Shown here piece by piece: positions 14,011-26,884 of a DNA stretch of 64,000 bases. This stretch comes from Eledone cirrhosa. Lineage: Eukaryota. Positions within the stretch are counted from its first letter, which is position 1; each line of letters starts with the position of its first letter. Below the pieces are notes generated by a model. That model was given only the letters and a program-made list of their open reading frames with translations. It was not told the origin of the DNA and ran no database searches. The stretch covers positions 188,852,001 to 188,916,000 of the forward strand of contig OZ024742.1 of NCBI GenBank assembly GCA_964016885.1, written 5' to 3'. Made by a program: the position numbers and the translations under genes.

Positions 14011-16585
14011 AAATGTGTGTAATCCTTGGTACAGTTAGGTATATTAAGACAGGGGGGAAGAAAAAATGGCTTCACTTGTGCTTTCAACAAATTTATTTTC
14101 TTCACAAAATCCCAAAAGAATTTTTCTTAAAAAAAATTATTTTATAAATTAAGTTGTTGGTTGTTGGTTAGGTCTTAGGAGTTCTTGGTTAACGTAGGAG
14201 GTATTGTTTCGTTTTTAGAAAGACCTTTCACGCTGAGGTGCGCTTGTCAAACTGATGTGTATGTGGTGTGTTGTTCTATATATAGGGATTTAACATGGCT
14301 GTGGTGTGGTAGGGGTTTCTTTTCTCCCCCTTTGCTACATGTGGTATTTCTGACTGTGGGGTCTTTAATCTGTTGTTTATGTACCCGGACTCTATCTTGT
14401 AATACCGTTCCGGTTTCCCCAATGTAATACTCTTTACACTGTGGACATTTTGCGCAATATATTACGTTTTTCGTTTTGCAGTTCATGTTAGCATTGACCT
14501 TGAAATTATCATGGTTTTTGAATGACAACTGTTTGCCCTCTTCGATGAGTTCACAGGTTCCACATCTAGGGTCCCTGCATTTCGTCACTTGCATTGATTC
14601 CATGTTGGTCGTAAATTTTGCCTTGGTAATTAGTTTTTTAAGGTTGGGTGCTTGGCGTCTTCTACAGGAAAATCACTAAAAACGAAGAAAGGAAATCGAG
14701 GAACCAAATAGGCAAACTAACAACAAAGTACCAAAACAACCTAACACCAAAAGAAGTAGATTACCTAACCAACTTCGAAATGAAAACCAGCAATTTCTAT
14801 GGATTACCAAAAATTTACAAATCCATAGAAATCCAAAACAACATAAAAGGGAAAAATACATCATACATCGAAGCACCAAAACCGACAGACTTAAAATTAC
14901 GCCCCATTATTGCTGACCCAGCCTCAAGCACACAACGTCTAAGCAACCTATTAGACATCATACTCAAACCCCTATGTAAAAAAGTTCCAAGCTACATCAG
15001 AGATGATATGGAATTCCTTAACTATATCCCCCAAAAAGTACACCAGGATACAATCCTAGTCAGTTTTGATGTAATAAGCCTGTACACTAACATCCCACAC
15101 GACCTAGGGATTGAAGCTGTGGACTTCTGGATTACAAAACACTCAAGTCACATTTCAGAAAGATTCCCCAAAGAATTCATCTTGGAAGGACTTAAATTAG
15201 TATTGGAAAACAACCACTTCCTCTTTGACAACGAACTTTATCTACAAATAAAAGGAACAGCCATGGGTACCAAAGTGGCCCCTACATATGCAACGCTCGT
15301 TATGGGTCACTTAGAGGCAAAATTATATTCCCAACTACAGATAACATTCAGTCACGACTTCGCCTTCTACATTAATAAAAACTGGAAACGTTACCTAGAT
15401 GACTGCTTCATCTTCTGGAACAGAAGCCAAACAGACCTACAAAAATTTTATTCGATCCTAAACAGGCTTCATGAAGCTATACAATTCACTATGGAATGTA
15501 ACGAAAAGGAACTGCCCTTTCTAGATATCCTCATCATTAAAGAAGGGGAAAATGTCATAACAGACCTATTTTGCAAACCCACTGACACACACCAATACTT
15601 AAATTTCCGGTCAGCACACCCCTCACATACGAAAAGGAACATTCCCTTCAACATAGCAAGGCGCATCTGCACTATAGCAACACACCCCGTACTACAAGAA
15701 AAAAGATTATGTGACCTGAAAAAATTCCTTAAAAAACAAGAATACCCGATGAAACTCATCAACGCAGCCATCTCCAAGGCTAAGAACATCCCAATAACAA
15801 CACTGAGAAAACCAAACCAACAACATAAGAATGAAAACCCTGCTATCTTTTTTGTCATCACTCACAACCCAGGGAACATCAACATTGTGAAAACTGCTAA
15901 GCAGTATCTCCCGATTCTACAGCAATCTACCAAAATGAATGCACTCTTAAAAAACACACAGATAATTTATAGCAGACGCCAAGCACCCAACCTTAAAAAA
16001 CTAATTACCAAGGCAAAATTTACGACCAACATGGAATCAATGCAAGTGACGAAATGCGGGGACCCTAGATGTGGAACCTGTGAACTCATCGAAGAGGGCA
16101 AACAGTTGTCATTCAAAAACCATGATAATTTCAAGGTCAATGCTAACATGAACTGCAAAACGAAAAACCTAATATATTGCGCAACATGTCCACAGTGTAA
16201 AGAGTATTACATTCGGGAAACCGGAACGGGATTACATGATAGAGTCCGGGTACATAAACTCAGATTAAAGACGCCACAGTCAGAAATACCACATGTAGCA
16301 AAGGGGGAGAAAAGAAACCCCTACCACACCACAGACATGTTAAATCCCTATATATAGAACAACACACCATATACACATCAGTTTGACAAGCGCACCTCAG
16401 CGTGAAAGGTCTTTCTAAAAACGAAACAATACCTCCTACGTTCACCAAGAACTCCTAAGACCCAACCAACAACCAACAACTTAATTTATAAAATAATTTT
16501 TTTTAAGAAAAATTCTTTTGGGATTTTGTGAAGAAAATAAATTTGTTGAAAGCACAAGTGAAGCCATTTTTTCTTCCCCCCTCTC

Positions 16586-16590
<5 letters not shown>
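14006..16590 (+). mobile_element. Neptune-like PLE, 5'-truncated, with ~620-bp inverted arm
   Basis: 14041-14660 is the reverse complement of 15974-16590; inverted arm has ~35-nt extra tail; (TA)n flanks. Confidence 0.92.
14660..16357 (+). CDS. PLE reverse transcriptase + truncated GIY-YIG endonuclease (5'-truncated ORF)
   Basis: LRPII, FDVISLYTNIP, GTAMGTKVAPTYA, WKRYLDD, LPFLDI, Cys linker KCGDPRCGTC, LIYCATC..C...YI.ET. Confidence 0.9.
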   Translation, partial: FYRKITKNEERKSRNQIGKLTTKYQNNLTPKEVDYLTNFEMKTSNFYGLPKIYKSIEIQNNIKGKNTSYIEAPKPTDLKLRPIIADPASSTQRLSNLLDIILKPLCKKVPSYIRDDMEFLNYIPQKVHQDTILVSFDVISLYTNIPHDLGIEAVDFWITKHSSHISERFPKEFILEGLKLVLENNHFLFDNELYLQIKGTAMGTKVAPTYATLVMGHLEAKLYSQLQITFSHDFAFYINKNWKRYLDDCFIFWNRSQTDLQKFYSILNRLHEAIQFTMECNEKELPFLDILIIKEGENVITDLFCKPTDTHQYLNFRSAHPSHTKRNIPFNIARRICTIATHPVLQEKRLCDLKKFLKKQEYPMKLINAAISKAKNIPITTLRKPNQQHKNENPAIFFVITHNPGNINIVKTAKQYLPILQQSTKMNALLKNTQIIYSRRQAPNLKKLITKAKFTTNMESMQVTKCGDPRCGTCELIEEGKQLSFKNHDNFKVNANMNCKTKNLIYCATCPQCKEYYIRETGTGLHDRVRVHKLRLKTPQSEIPHVAKGEKRNPYHTTDMLNPYI

Positions 16591-16663
<73 letters not shown>

Positions 16664-16689
16664 TATAAATAAATAGTATTAAAATGATT

Positions 16690-17030
16690 GGGGGGCATAT
16701 GCAGTTGATATAAACTTATTAAAAAGCTTCTCTATACAATTTCAAAAGATTCAAATGATTCCTCAAAAATATTCTTCATTTCATGATACGCGGGCGGCAG
16801 AGTGTGCTAACGTTCTTTCTATAATAACGGGGCCCTGTATCCCGAAATGAGAACAAATTTTGAAATTGTTTGGAGGTATTTTTTAAATACTTGTCACATT
16901 TTCATGATATTTGACATTGTTTTATAGGAAAGTTAAACTATCCGACAAGGTTAGGAATTGGTCGGATTATATCGATCTAGCTGTAGTCCTCAGAGGTAAA
17001 AATAAACCTAAATCAACTGCATATCACTTT
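16690..17030. mobile_element. Possible DNA-transposon MITE
   Basis: Terminal inverted match atatgcagttgat / atcaactgcatat. Confidence 0.35.
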
Positions 17031-17081
17031 CGATCTGTTTAATACTGTATAATACTGAAGCTTGTACCATTCATTTAGGAC

Positions 17082-17222
<141 letters not shown>

Positions 17223-17578
17223 GCGTGCGTGTGTGTGTATATTTATGAGCATGCACGTGTGCGTTAGAATACAATGATGATTGAACATTTTGAAAATAGA
17301 ATGAGGTTTCACCTCTGAAAATAGTCTAATAATAGGACACACGAACCCCCATAACAATGAAAGTTTCTAATTCAGGTTTCAAAATGTTCAATCACCATCG
17401 TATTCTAATTTACACCTGGTAATACATCCCCCAATATTATTAACCTAATAGCTTCAATAATCCACTAGTTTGCTTATCGCGAAAATATGAGGTGATGCGC
17501 ACTTTTTCCGTTAAGTGGCTTCATATTCCCTAATATTAAATTATATTCTGTAGCCAATATACGCTGGAGGCTTCTAAT

Positions 17579-17611
<33 letters not shown>

Positions 17612-17615
<4 letters not shown>

Positions 17616-17804
17616 CGGAGGAAATGTGGTAAGGAACCAGGTGGACCATAACGCACCAAAGTACTCAATACTTGAGGTAGTAGAGTGGGTAATAGGAACC
17701 AGTAAGACCCCGACAGCTGAGCTCAAGCCGTTTCGACGGCTAATTCTGCGTCCAGAATTAGCCGTCGAAACGGCTTGAGCTCAGCTGTCGGGGTCTTACT
17801 GGTT

Positions 17805-17808
<4 letters not shown>
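17612..17808 (-). mobile_element. Fold-back element, family D (second copy)
   Basis: Perfect ~55-bp arms around gcgtc; homologous to 4169-4365. Confidence 0.75.
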
Positions 17809-17855
<47 letters not shown>

Positions 17856-17863
17856 TAAAATAA

Positions 17864-17937
17864 CAGATTAAAGTTTAAGCAAAGAATCGCTACTTTCACA
17901 CTTAACGGGATCTTCTGAAACTAACAAAGTCAATCTG
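17864..17937 (-). ncRNA. Hammerhead variant (CAGAAGA), sense to PLE ORF
   Basis: Same motif as 13890; stem I extended by cagattga/ttaatctg across an internal loop. Confidence 0.6.
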
Positions 17938-18100
17938 TAAACGCAGAAGTGGATATTTCAAAAAACGTTGCAACCGGAGGAACACAGGAAGACGATACTT
18001 TGGTTCGTGGAAACGTTCGCTATGCAAATAAGTAATGGTATAAACAAAACATATACTTAGCTCCCACATCAAGACGTAAAATATCCCCGTATAGATCGTA

Positions 18101-19620
18101 CTATCCGTTAGGGTATAACGTGGGGCTGTAATACAGGAAAGTTTTGTGCAATTTATGTTTACAAGCCGAAATTGCCTGAGATTTTTTGTTTAAGATGTGG
18201 TCAGTGGCGTAGAGTATTTCCAGGGCCTCAGCGGCGCAGAGGTCACATGGTCTTTTATTTCCGTTATACGATCTAGCCCTAGCTAGGATCTCCCAGTGTA
18301 ACTTATATTGGGTGTCGTTGTCTTTTAGACTCCAGATATAAGCTGAAAGTGACGTCATATTCCTTCTTAGGGGGTAACGAAAAGAATGGGTATGCATGTA
18401 AAGACGCTGCTTGAATCTATTGGCGGTTAACCCTATGTAGGCCCTACGGGACGTGGGTGTTACAACCTTACATTTGTAGACAATGTTACTAGAGAGGCAT
18501 TTCCCGGATAGGGGGCAATCAACCCGATTCCTACAATTACAGTTAGTACTATCTATAGGGTTGCACGTGTTCCTACGGCTATGTAGTTTAGCTAAATTTG
18601 AAGCTGTGATGTTATGTGCAAGGTTAGGAGTCGTAGAGTAAGAAATGTTAATAGTATTTCTATTAAAAATGTTACTACATTTATGTGTAGGGGGGAAAAT
18701 GCTTCGTAATAAGGGAAAGAAAGATCTTAGCTAATGGTGTGGCCACCTCCATATTATATGGTGGGTTATACCAACAAATGCGACGGGATCTATTTCTTCT
18801 AGGTCTATTTTCGTACTCTGTATATGCTACCTTATCGACAAATCCACTTCGAGCAAGAGCTTCATTGTAATAAGTGGAATGGTCGTTGAAAATACGCTCG
18901 TTGGTGGAAAGACGGGAAAGCCTCAACGAAACGCTTCTTACCAGGTTCTTGGTTATGCTGGCAGGATGGTTGGAATGCTTACTTATGTAATTAAGCGTAT
19001 CATTCGGCTTTCTATACGGGTAATACAACCCATTCAATAAATTGAGGGTAACGTCGAGGTAATTAACGACCGAGAAATTGGCCTCAACCTGTATAGAGAG
19101 GTTGAAGCCTTTAAAGAAGGCTGTGAGTTCTTTTCTGAACCTGTCGCAAGCACGAGCTCCGCACTTAGTCATGGTCAAAAGACCATCGTTACGGTTCAAA
19201 CCACCGCCCGCGTTGGGGAATTCATCCTTGATAGAGAAAAGAAGGAAAAGGCCGATAAGATCAGTAACCTCCGCAGAATCACTGGCACCCATACTCACGT
19301 CGAATGGGGTACTATTGGATTTTTTAATCAAAATAGAGTCGTCGAAATTAATCACCGACTTTCGGGCATTGAGGATGACATCAACTTCGAAATCCTTAAC
19401 CACTGTGAGTGTTTTAGCGAAATTGATAGCTCTAAGGAGAAGTGGTAAAGTGATGGAGGAGTAGTAATTGTTGATGTCGAATTGGATAAAACGGCAATGT
19501 TCCTTGTTGCATATGCCGTTGAACCAATCAATCACCGCGAAATAATTGTTCGACAGTGCAAGAGGGGCCAAACTTCTAATTTACGGTATAATTCTATCAA
19601 GAATCGTTTTACTAAGTCTG
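18101..19620 (-). pseudogene. PLE RT + GIY-YIG, frameshift in G-run ~18690, catalytic YRDD decayed to NRND
   Basis: FIQFDINNYYSSI, FDVSMGASDSAEV, VNYLDVTLNL, WYNPPY; after the shift CNCRNRVDCPLSGKCL..NIVYKC..AYIG, CDLCAAEALEI, LNKKSQ. Confidence 0.92.
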
Positions 19621-19927
19621 CCTAACAACCCCTCTATTCGGCTTATTAACCCTACGAATTACGATTTAGGTAGACTTAGTAAAACGATTTGTAAAACGGC
19701 TTGAAAACATAAATTGCACAAAACTTTCCTGTATTACAGCCCCACGTTATACCCTAACGGATAGTACGATCTATACGGGGATATGTTACGTCTTGATGTG
19801 GGAGCTAAGTATATGTTTTGTTTATACCATTACTTATTTGCATAGCGAACGTTTCCACGAACCAAAGTATCGTCTTCCTGTGTTCCTCCGGCTGCAACGT
19901 TTTTTGAAATATCCACTTCTGCGTTTA

Positions 19928-20001
19928 CAGATTGACTTTGTTAGTTTCAGAAGATCCCGTTAAGGGTGAAAGCAACGATTCTTTGCTTAAACTTTAATCT
20001 G
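19928..20001 (+). ncRNA. Hammerhead variant (CAGAAGA) in inverted arm
   Basis: cagattgactttgttagttt-CAGAAGA-tcccgttaagggt-GAAA-gcaacgattctttgc-TT-aaactttaatctg. Confidence 0.62.
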
Positions 20002-20100
20002 TTATTTTAATAAATATTTGCTCTACGGTTCTTATATATTTGATATATATTTATCCTTATCGAGCCCTCTTTGGATTTTAGTCTTCAAATTTATTATTAT

Positions 20101-20144
<44 letters not shown>

Positions 20145-20658
20145 TGTATTATAAGCCTCCAGCGTATAATGTCTACAGAAAATAATTTAATAGAATGAAA
20201 CAGTTCTAGTCCTGTAGAATCTCATCTATATTAAAAAAATGTTATACTCTGCTATGTATTGAGTACCTTACTGACTGTGGTTACCTCCGACTCAATCCGG
20301 AATAACTTACCTTATATATATATATATATATATCCAAAGTATCAATGGAGATTCAATCTTCTTTCATAAAATAATTGCTTTTAATCTCTTACAAATATTT
20401 CGAATGAACTGTGGTCTCCGATTATTCAAATGTTGTTGGGAAATACATCTTACATCTTTATCAATAGAATAGATATGAATTTCGGATGACAACTTCACCA
20501 CCTTTTCTTGATAATTAAGCAGTGAAGCTATTGTTTAGCTTTAGTATGAGACATCTTAAATAATTCATCTTCATAAGAACCAACAGGAATATAAACTGAA
20601 TTTAATGTTTTCGGGTTTTGTTAAATTCCTGAATGTTGATTGTTGCAATAGACCATTG

Positions 20659-20713
<55 letters not shown>

Positions 20714-22249
20714 GCGGGGTGTACAGCAGCCATCTGACGTTCATCTCACAAAGCATTAGTTAACGTGAGGGTGTATTTGAAGACACCCACGTTGTCATGG
20801 GAGTGAACGTAAAGCCAAGTAATTGCAAACCGGACTCCTTAACTCCACTCACCTGCCTGCATCTATAGATGTATATATTTCCCCACTGATAAAATTAATC
20901 CTGCACTTAGACTTCATTGAAGTAAAAGCTCTAAGAAAAACCATAGACAGAGAGACAATGGATATTTGCTAACGTAATTTACTTGGAAATCTGTTTCAAA
21001 GACATTAAATTTCATCTCAATTACGAGCAGGATAATTGGAATGATAGACACTATATCCTAACTAAAATATAAGTTCGCCTTCGCTACACAGCTCATATTG
21101 TAATGTCGCACCCCATTAATAGGATTAGACAGTTGTATTCTTCCGAGGTAATGATTCTTCCATTTGTTTTTATCTTTTCAATTTAAAACCTATTCTTTTA
21201 AGAAACCAGCTTATCCGCTTTGTGCACTCAATTATCGAAGAATTTACTTCATGCATATTTTTCACTCTTCGAATCTTTTTATAATTAAAATACTATCCAA
21301 GTAATTCTCATTTCGAATTTAGCCAGTATCAAATCTCTACTTGCAAATCTTCCATTTCTTTTCCTCATCTCATCATATTGTTGCTCTTTTACTGTCTATA
21401 TCTATTTAAATACATAATTCATTTTACGACACATTTATATAAATACTTTGGGGATATGTATATCTGCTAAATTCTATAATGGAAATTAAAATCCTCAATT
21501 TAGTATAACTGCGCAAAACCATGGTTATAGATTTTCTGTCAATATTCTATGCTTTGAAGTTTCGATTCTATTCCCGCCTACCCAGATACATTTAAGTGCA
21601 TACAATGCATGGAGATACATACCAACAGAAATGTAGCTTGACTTTAGGGAATTTCTATTGAGGAAGTACATTTGTGGGCAACGATTTGTGAATAACAGTT
21701 TGGATTTGAATGTCTTTATATAAATAATCTATTTTATTCTGGTCTCTTGACGATAAGGTTTCACCAATGGCTCTCAAGCTCATCTACCTGTTGAGACAAT
21801 TTCACTGAAGTTTCAATTGATACATTCAGCTTTATTCTGTAGTTGACTTCATGATTGTACACGGTATTCATATCGCAGATTATTAATGCTGCCTTCTGTT
21901 TATATATATATCCGCTTCACCCCAGTAGAAGTGGACAAATATTAAAAGTAATAGATATGTTAACATCTTGTTTGGCAATAGAAGATCAACTATCACGATC
22001 CAAATGATTAATGATTGTTGGAGATGGAGAGACAGGATTACCAATGCAGAATGTCATGGCATCTCAGTGATTCATTGGTTCCATAAATAAGCTCATTATA
22101 CGATCCTAAGTCATCCATTATTCTATTTGTGAAAATAGTTACAATAACTATATTATAACATGATGAAACTTCTGATTCTTTAAAAGAAAGTTAGAGCTAT
22201 GTCTACTGTAATCAGTTTGAGAGTATTAAATGAAGCATCGCGAATTGCA

Positions 22250-22520
22250 TGACTTAGTTTTTTATGGTGTTGGTTTCACGATCGCAAGGTTGCGAGTTCA
22301 ATTCCTGGCTACACCATGCTGAAACACAGCTGGCAAAAGGGAGTTGTACCTGCATTTCAAAGAGATAGCTTTGTTACGAACTATGTCACGCTGAATTACC
22401 CCCTGAACCACCTTAAAGGAATATGCGTCTGGGCAATGTGCAGCTAAATGAATGTGTTAATTTCTCTAGCAGGCTGTTCCGTTGCTCGAACAACTGGAAT
22501 GCTCCTCGTCGAAACCGACC
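22250..22520 (+). mobile_element. Decayed tRNA-derived SINE
   Basis: B-box-like gagttcaattcc; body resembles 24355-24700. Confidence 0.5.
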
Positions 22521-23597
22521 GTCATCCATCACTTAACAAATAAAATATTTCTAATCGTGAATAATTTCCCTTACTGGGAAAGATGTGTTAACAAATTTAA
22601 GTTATTTCACTAAGAAACTTCGGGGTCATGATGCGGATGATGTGTGCGTAGAGGGTACGGCGAAGATTCTGGATAATGTGGATGGTTTCAGTGATAATAC
22701 TTCAAAGACTCTGGATGATGATGTGAATGGTTTCATAGAGAGTACTCTACTTTCGGCATATATTATAGGTACAACTCATTTTCTCTAGCTGAGTTGACGG
22801 AAGCAATAGGAAATAAAGCGATACGCCAGCATGTATCGAAGCCACATGAACTTACGATTGTGAGCCTAACAAGCTAACCATTAATCCACACGTCTTCACA
22901 ACTTATACTAATGATATTTTGGCATTTAGTCGCTGTCGACGACGAGTATTCTAGTTGGTAAGACCAACGGAAGAAACTGCTCATTAAATTAACGTGCAAG
23001 CAGTTGAGCATTCCACAGACAAGTGTAGAACTTAAGATAGTTCTGAACGATATTCCGCTTAACACATTCCTGAGAAGGCTGACCTTTTCAATTACAGTTA
23101 CAACTCAGATTTGCCAGTTTCATGAACTAAAACAAGGCGAAATAAAGTGTCTTACTCAAGGACACAACAGGTCCTCAGAAATAGAAATTACATTCATAAG
23201 ATCAAGTGCCGAATTCCATAACAACTAAACCTCGCACCTTCCTATATTAATATTAAAGAATAGTACTATTGAAATATACGCTTGCTTTACTTGCTTACTG
23301 TGTGGCAAATTTGAAACATATGCAAACGATACTAGTGCATATGACATTACCAAATGCAATCCATTCACAACCTGAAGGCAATTTCCGTTTCAATAAAAGC
23401 AATCTACTCCATTATTTATATATTAATTTTTTACTATTTTTCACGCGTTATTTATATATATGTTTTTATCAAATTTAAATACTTTCCTTTTACTTGGAGA
23501 TTGTTAATGCTTGTTTCAATTCTAATGGAATTATAAAATAGCTTGATTCGATTGTCTTTCCACATCACTTGCTTCTATATTTTAATGAATTCATCTT

Positions 23598-23610
23598 TAG
23601 TAGAAGTAGT

Positions 23611-23666
<56 letters not shown>

Positions 23667-23867
23667 TAGTAATGTTGGTGGTGGTTGCGCTTGTCGTCAT
23701 CGTAGAAATAATAGAAATGGTGGTGTTCGACTTGATGATGGGGGTGGCGGTATTATTGGTCTTGGTGGTACAGGTAGCAGTAATAGTAAGTGATGGGGCG
23801 GGGGGGGTAATGGTGATGGTAGGTGTGATCATCGTCGTCATCCTCGTCGTAGTTGTCGTCGTCGTCA

Positions 23868-23905
<38 letters not shown>
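23598..23905. repeat. Trinucleotide repeats (GCA)n/(GTA)n/(GTC)n, low complexity
   Basis: Direct inspection. Confidence 0.9.
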
Positions 23906-24354
23906 TCCGCCTCATTAAGTAAAAATCATGTTAACAACTGCATCCTACACTCAATTAACAGACGTTAAACACTTGTGGCCTTTATTCCTATTGTAGGTGG
24001 AATATTACTATTTCAATTAAGGAAAAAATAAAATAAAAATTTTATAATTCTAAAATATATATCGAAAAATCAAGGCGAGGTCTCTCGGTATTTCATACTG
24101 TTTAGCCTTTAGCTATCAAAACGTATTTTAGTCAGTAGATTTTGCTGACATATTTCCAATAACCCCAATTATATTCTCTATCACAGTAAATTACTATTAA
24201 TTTTAGATTCTGCTTCTTAGTAATCGCGAAACTTTTCTATTTTGGTTTGTATTTTCTCAAAATGTCAACCTGGATCATTTAATAAAGCAAATAAGTATAA
24301 AAAAAATCTGAAAGACAAACTCGAAACTCAAAAGCGAAAACGAAAAAAGAATCA

Positions 24355-24700
24355 GGTGCCGGCATGGATCTATGGTTAAGGTAAACGCTTTACAATCACA
24401 AAGTCCTGGGTTCAGTTCCATTGAGCGACACCATAGGCAAATATATTTTACAATAGCTTCAGTTAGACCAATAAAGGTAATTCGGTAGATGGAAACTATT
24501 TTGTACCTCACCAGACTGACCGTAACTGTTATTCACAGGGCCAGCCTTGTCACACTCTGAATCTCTGAATCTCAGAGAAAATTATGTTATGGTACACGTG
24601 CCTGTAGAAAGCTTAGGGACTTACTCATGAATTTCCTAAATAGACTGTTTCGTTGATCGAACAACTGCAACACTCAGCGTTTTAATCAACGAAGGCCCAC
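24355..24700 (+). mobile_element. Decayed tRNA-derived SINE
   Basis: tggttaagg A-box-like and gggttcagttcc B-box-like head. Confidence 0.5.
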
Positions 24701-24929
24701 CGTCAGTATAACTTTTACTATTTAAGTATGCTGATGAGTGTATATGCTGGAAGTCCCTTCAAAGACATGCAATCATCCATATATATTTGTTCATTGAATT
24801 TTTTAAATCTCAGAACAAGCGGCGAGATGTGGTCTTGAGCAAAACGTTTCATTTCACATTGCTCACGTATACTCAGCTAAAACTTAATACCAGCAATAAC
24901 GTGTGTCTCAAGCAAGGAGACTCGTCAAA

Positions 24930-25180
24930 CCGGTGCTTATCACAGTTTCGTGGCGTGAAGTGACTGAGAGTACAAGTCTCACCAACCTGGACAGCACGCC
25001 AGTCCATCGCCTGGTTAAACCCCTCAGTTATTGCGGGTTTTCATTTTCAACAAAGTATACTGAGGCAGCAACGTGAAATGAAGTGTTTTACTCAAGAGAA
25101 CAGCACAAAACTCAGTCCAAGAATCGAACCAACGACATTATGATCATAAGTCAAACACCCTTACCAGTTGGTCACACAAT
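24930..25180 (-). mobile_element. Decayed SINE (homologous to 57675-57890)
   Basis: Shared ggcgtgaag.gactgagagtacaag and gaaatgaagtgtttt.ctcaa blocks; gaatcgaacc is a reverse B box. Confidence 0.6.
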
Positions 25181-26068
25181 TAATTGGTAGCTTGTATTGT
25201 ACTTTTTATTACTTAAAATCAATGAAATAGGAGTAAATGGCGCCATGAGATTCGAGATTTGGGAGAGACTTAAAGTTTAAATTAATTAAAGCCATTATAG
25301 TAACTGTCTACAACGAATATGAACATAGACTTGCCACTCCACATCAACATTGAGTTCTCGCAGATAATATATTTCATGTTTAAATACTTAAGAGAGATAG
25401 TATTGGATAATTTCACAACCGTTTATTCTGTCTTCTCTTAAAATATTTAGAATATTTAGAATTTAACAATAAGCAATATATTTATTATATTTCGTAGATT
25501 TTACGATACATTCTTCTTTGAATGTTATCAATTGATTAAATGTACTTCGTCGTTTAACTCGTCTGGTAACACTTTTTAACACCTCTTGGCCTAGATGCTT
25601 CGGAAAGAGTCGTCGTTCTATAGTGAATTGGAAGCACTCTCCTGGTCTGATTTCATGTGATGTCAGAGTTTCCCTGAGATATTTCACCCTTATCTTCCCA
25701 GATCAGACTCTTCTCACCTGGAGAGCTCTATTTATTATATAAAGTCTTCTTTTTTTTCTACATGATGACACATTTTTGGTGCCCCAACTATGCTCCTGAT
25801 CCCACAGTTGTTCTTTGTTCCACCTTTGAAAACACTTTCAGCTCTATTATATATATATATTGTTCACCTGTTTAGCTTGCTTCATCTTTTTTGCTCCGGT
25901 GGCCGATGGCTTCACGACCACTGTTTTCATTTTATTTGGCCTTTATAACGTATGTTAATTGCTCTGGTCTTCTTTTAGTCCATTGAGCGCTTGCCGCATA
26001 TCTCGAGGATTGCATTTCGTTTGGTTTTTGGCCCCCGACGAAATACGATCTCGCTGAAATTATATTTG

Positions 26069-26190
<122 letters not shown>

Positions 26191-26884
26191 ATACTTTATT
26201 ATTGCAAATTACATGTTTTCCATTATATATATGTAACTCTAATATACTTTTTTTCTTCTCTTTGTAGGTAAGTGGTGTTCATTGCTTTCAATGTTACTGT
26301 GAAATATATACCGTACTTGTACAGACAATAAGCACTATGACAATAACCACCATAGGTCGATGATATTGTTGATGGTTAAATACTCGTTGCTGTTTACTTT
26401 TCATATGTATACGTTGTAGTATGTATATGAACAACTAACTACGTAAGTATATATGTTACTTTTTTGTTTTTGTATCCTTGGGTATGTCTCCCAAAATCTC
26501 AAGCATTTATGTTTATGCGACAGAGCTAGATATATCAACTCACGTGGGTATATATAAAGAACCCACACTATTCATTACGTCTTTGGGTATTTCCACAAAT
26601 CGCCGGCCTTCATGAATGAATTCCCAGTCCCAGTTTTTATGTGATTACAACTGTACAAAAGAAACATTGGCTGTCATAATCTAAAATCACTTGATCCTGA
26701 AAAGCAACTGCTAACCCCATAAAAATCATTTCTTAACATACGTGTTTTTATACATTCAGCTTCATACTTATGTCTGGTGTTATTCTCCTCGTGAGCATAA
26801 TTTGTAAGTTCACTTTCGAAATGTTTTGTTGCATATCTATATCTATATCTATTAATTTCTCTCTCTCTCTCTATATATATATAT

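Larger units (their letters stand above)
17851..20103 (-). mobile_element. Naiad-like PLE, family C, 5'-truncated, with inverted pLTR + tail
   Basis: Minus-strand ORF; 17851-18168 repeated inverted at 19698-20012 plus ~90-nt tail; TA flanks. Confidence 0.92.

Noticed and set aside
15469-15861. Antisense ORFs over the RT genes (also 61457-61849, 62705-63148, 19078-19464)
   Set aside because: Shadow frames of the RT coding strand.
16521-16570. GTGAAGA...GAAA hammerhead-like motif in the Neptune-like pLTR
   Set aside because: C3-G8 pair broken, no U16.1 and no stem I; not retained in the diverged copy near 38600.
23543-23968. Poly-Ala/Val 'membrane protein' ORF
   Set aside because: Trinucleotide repeat artefact, open in several frames.
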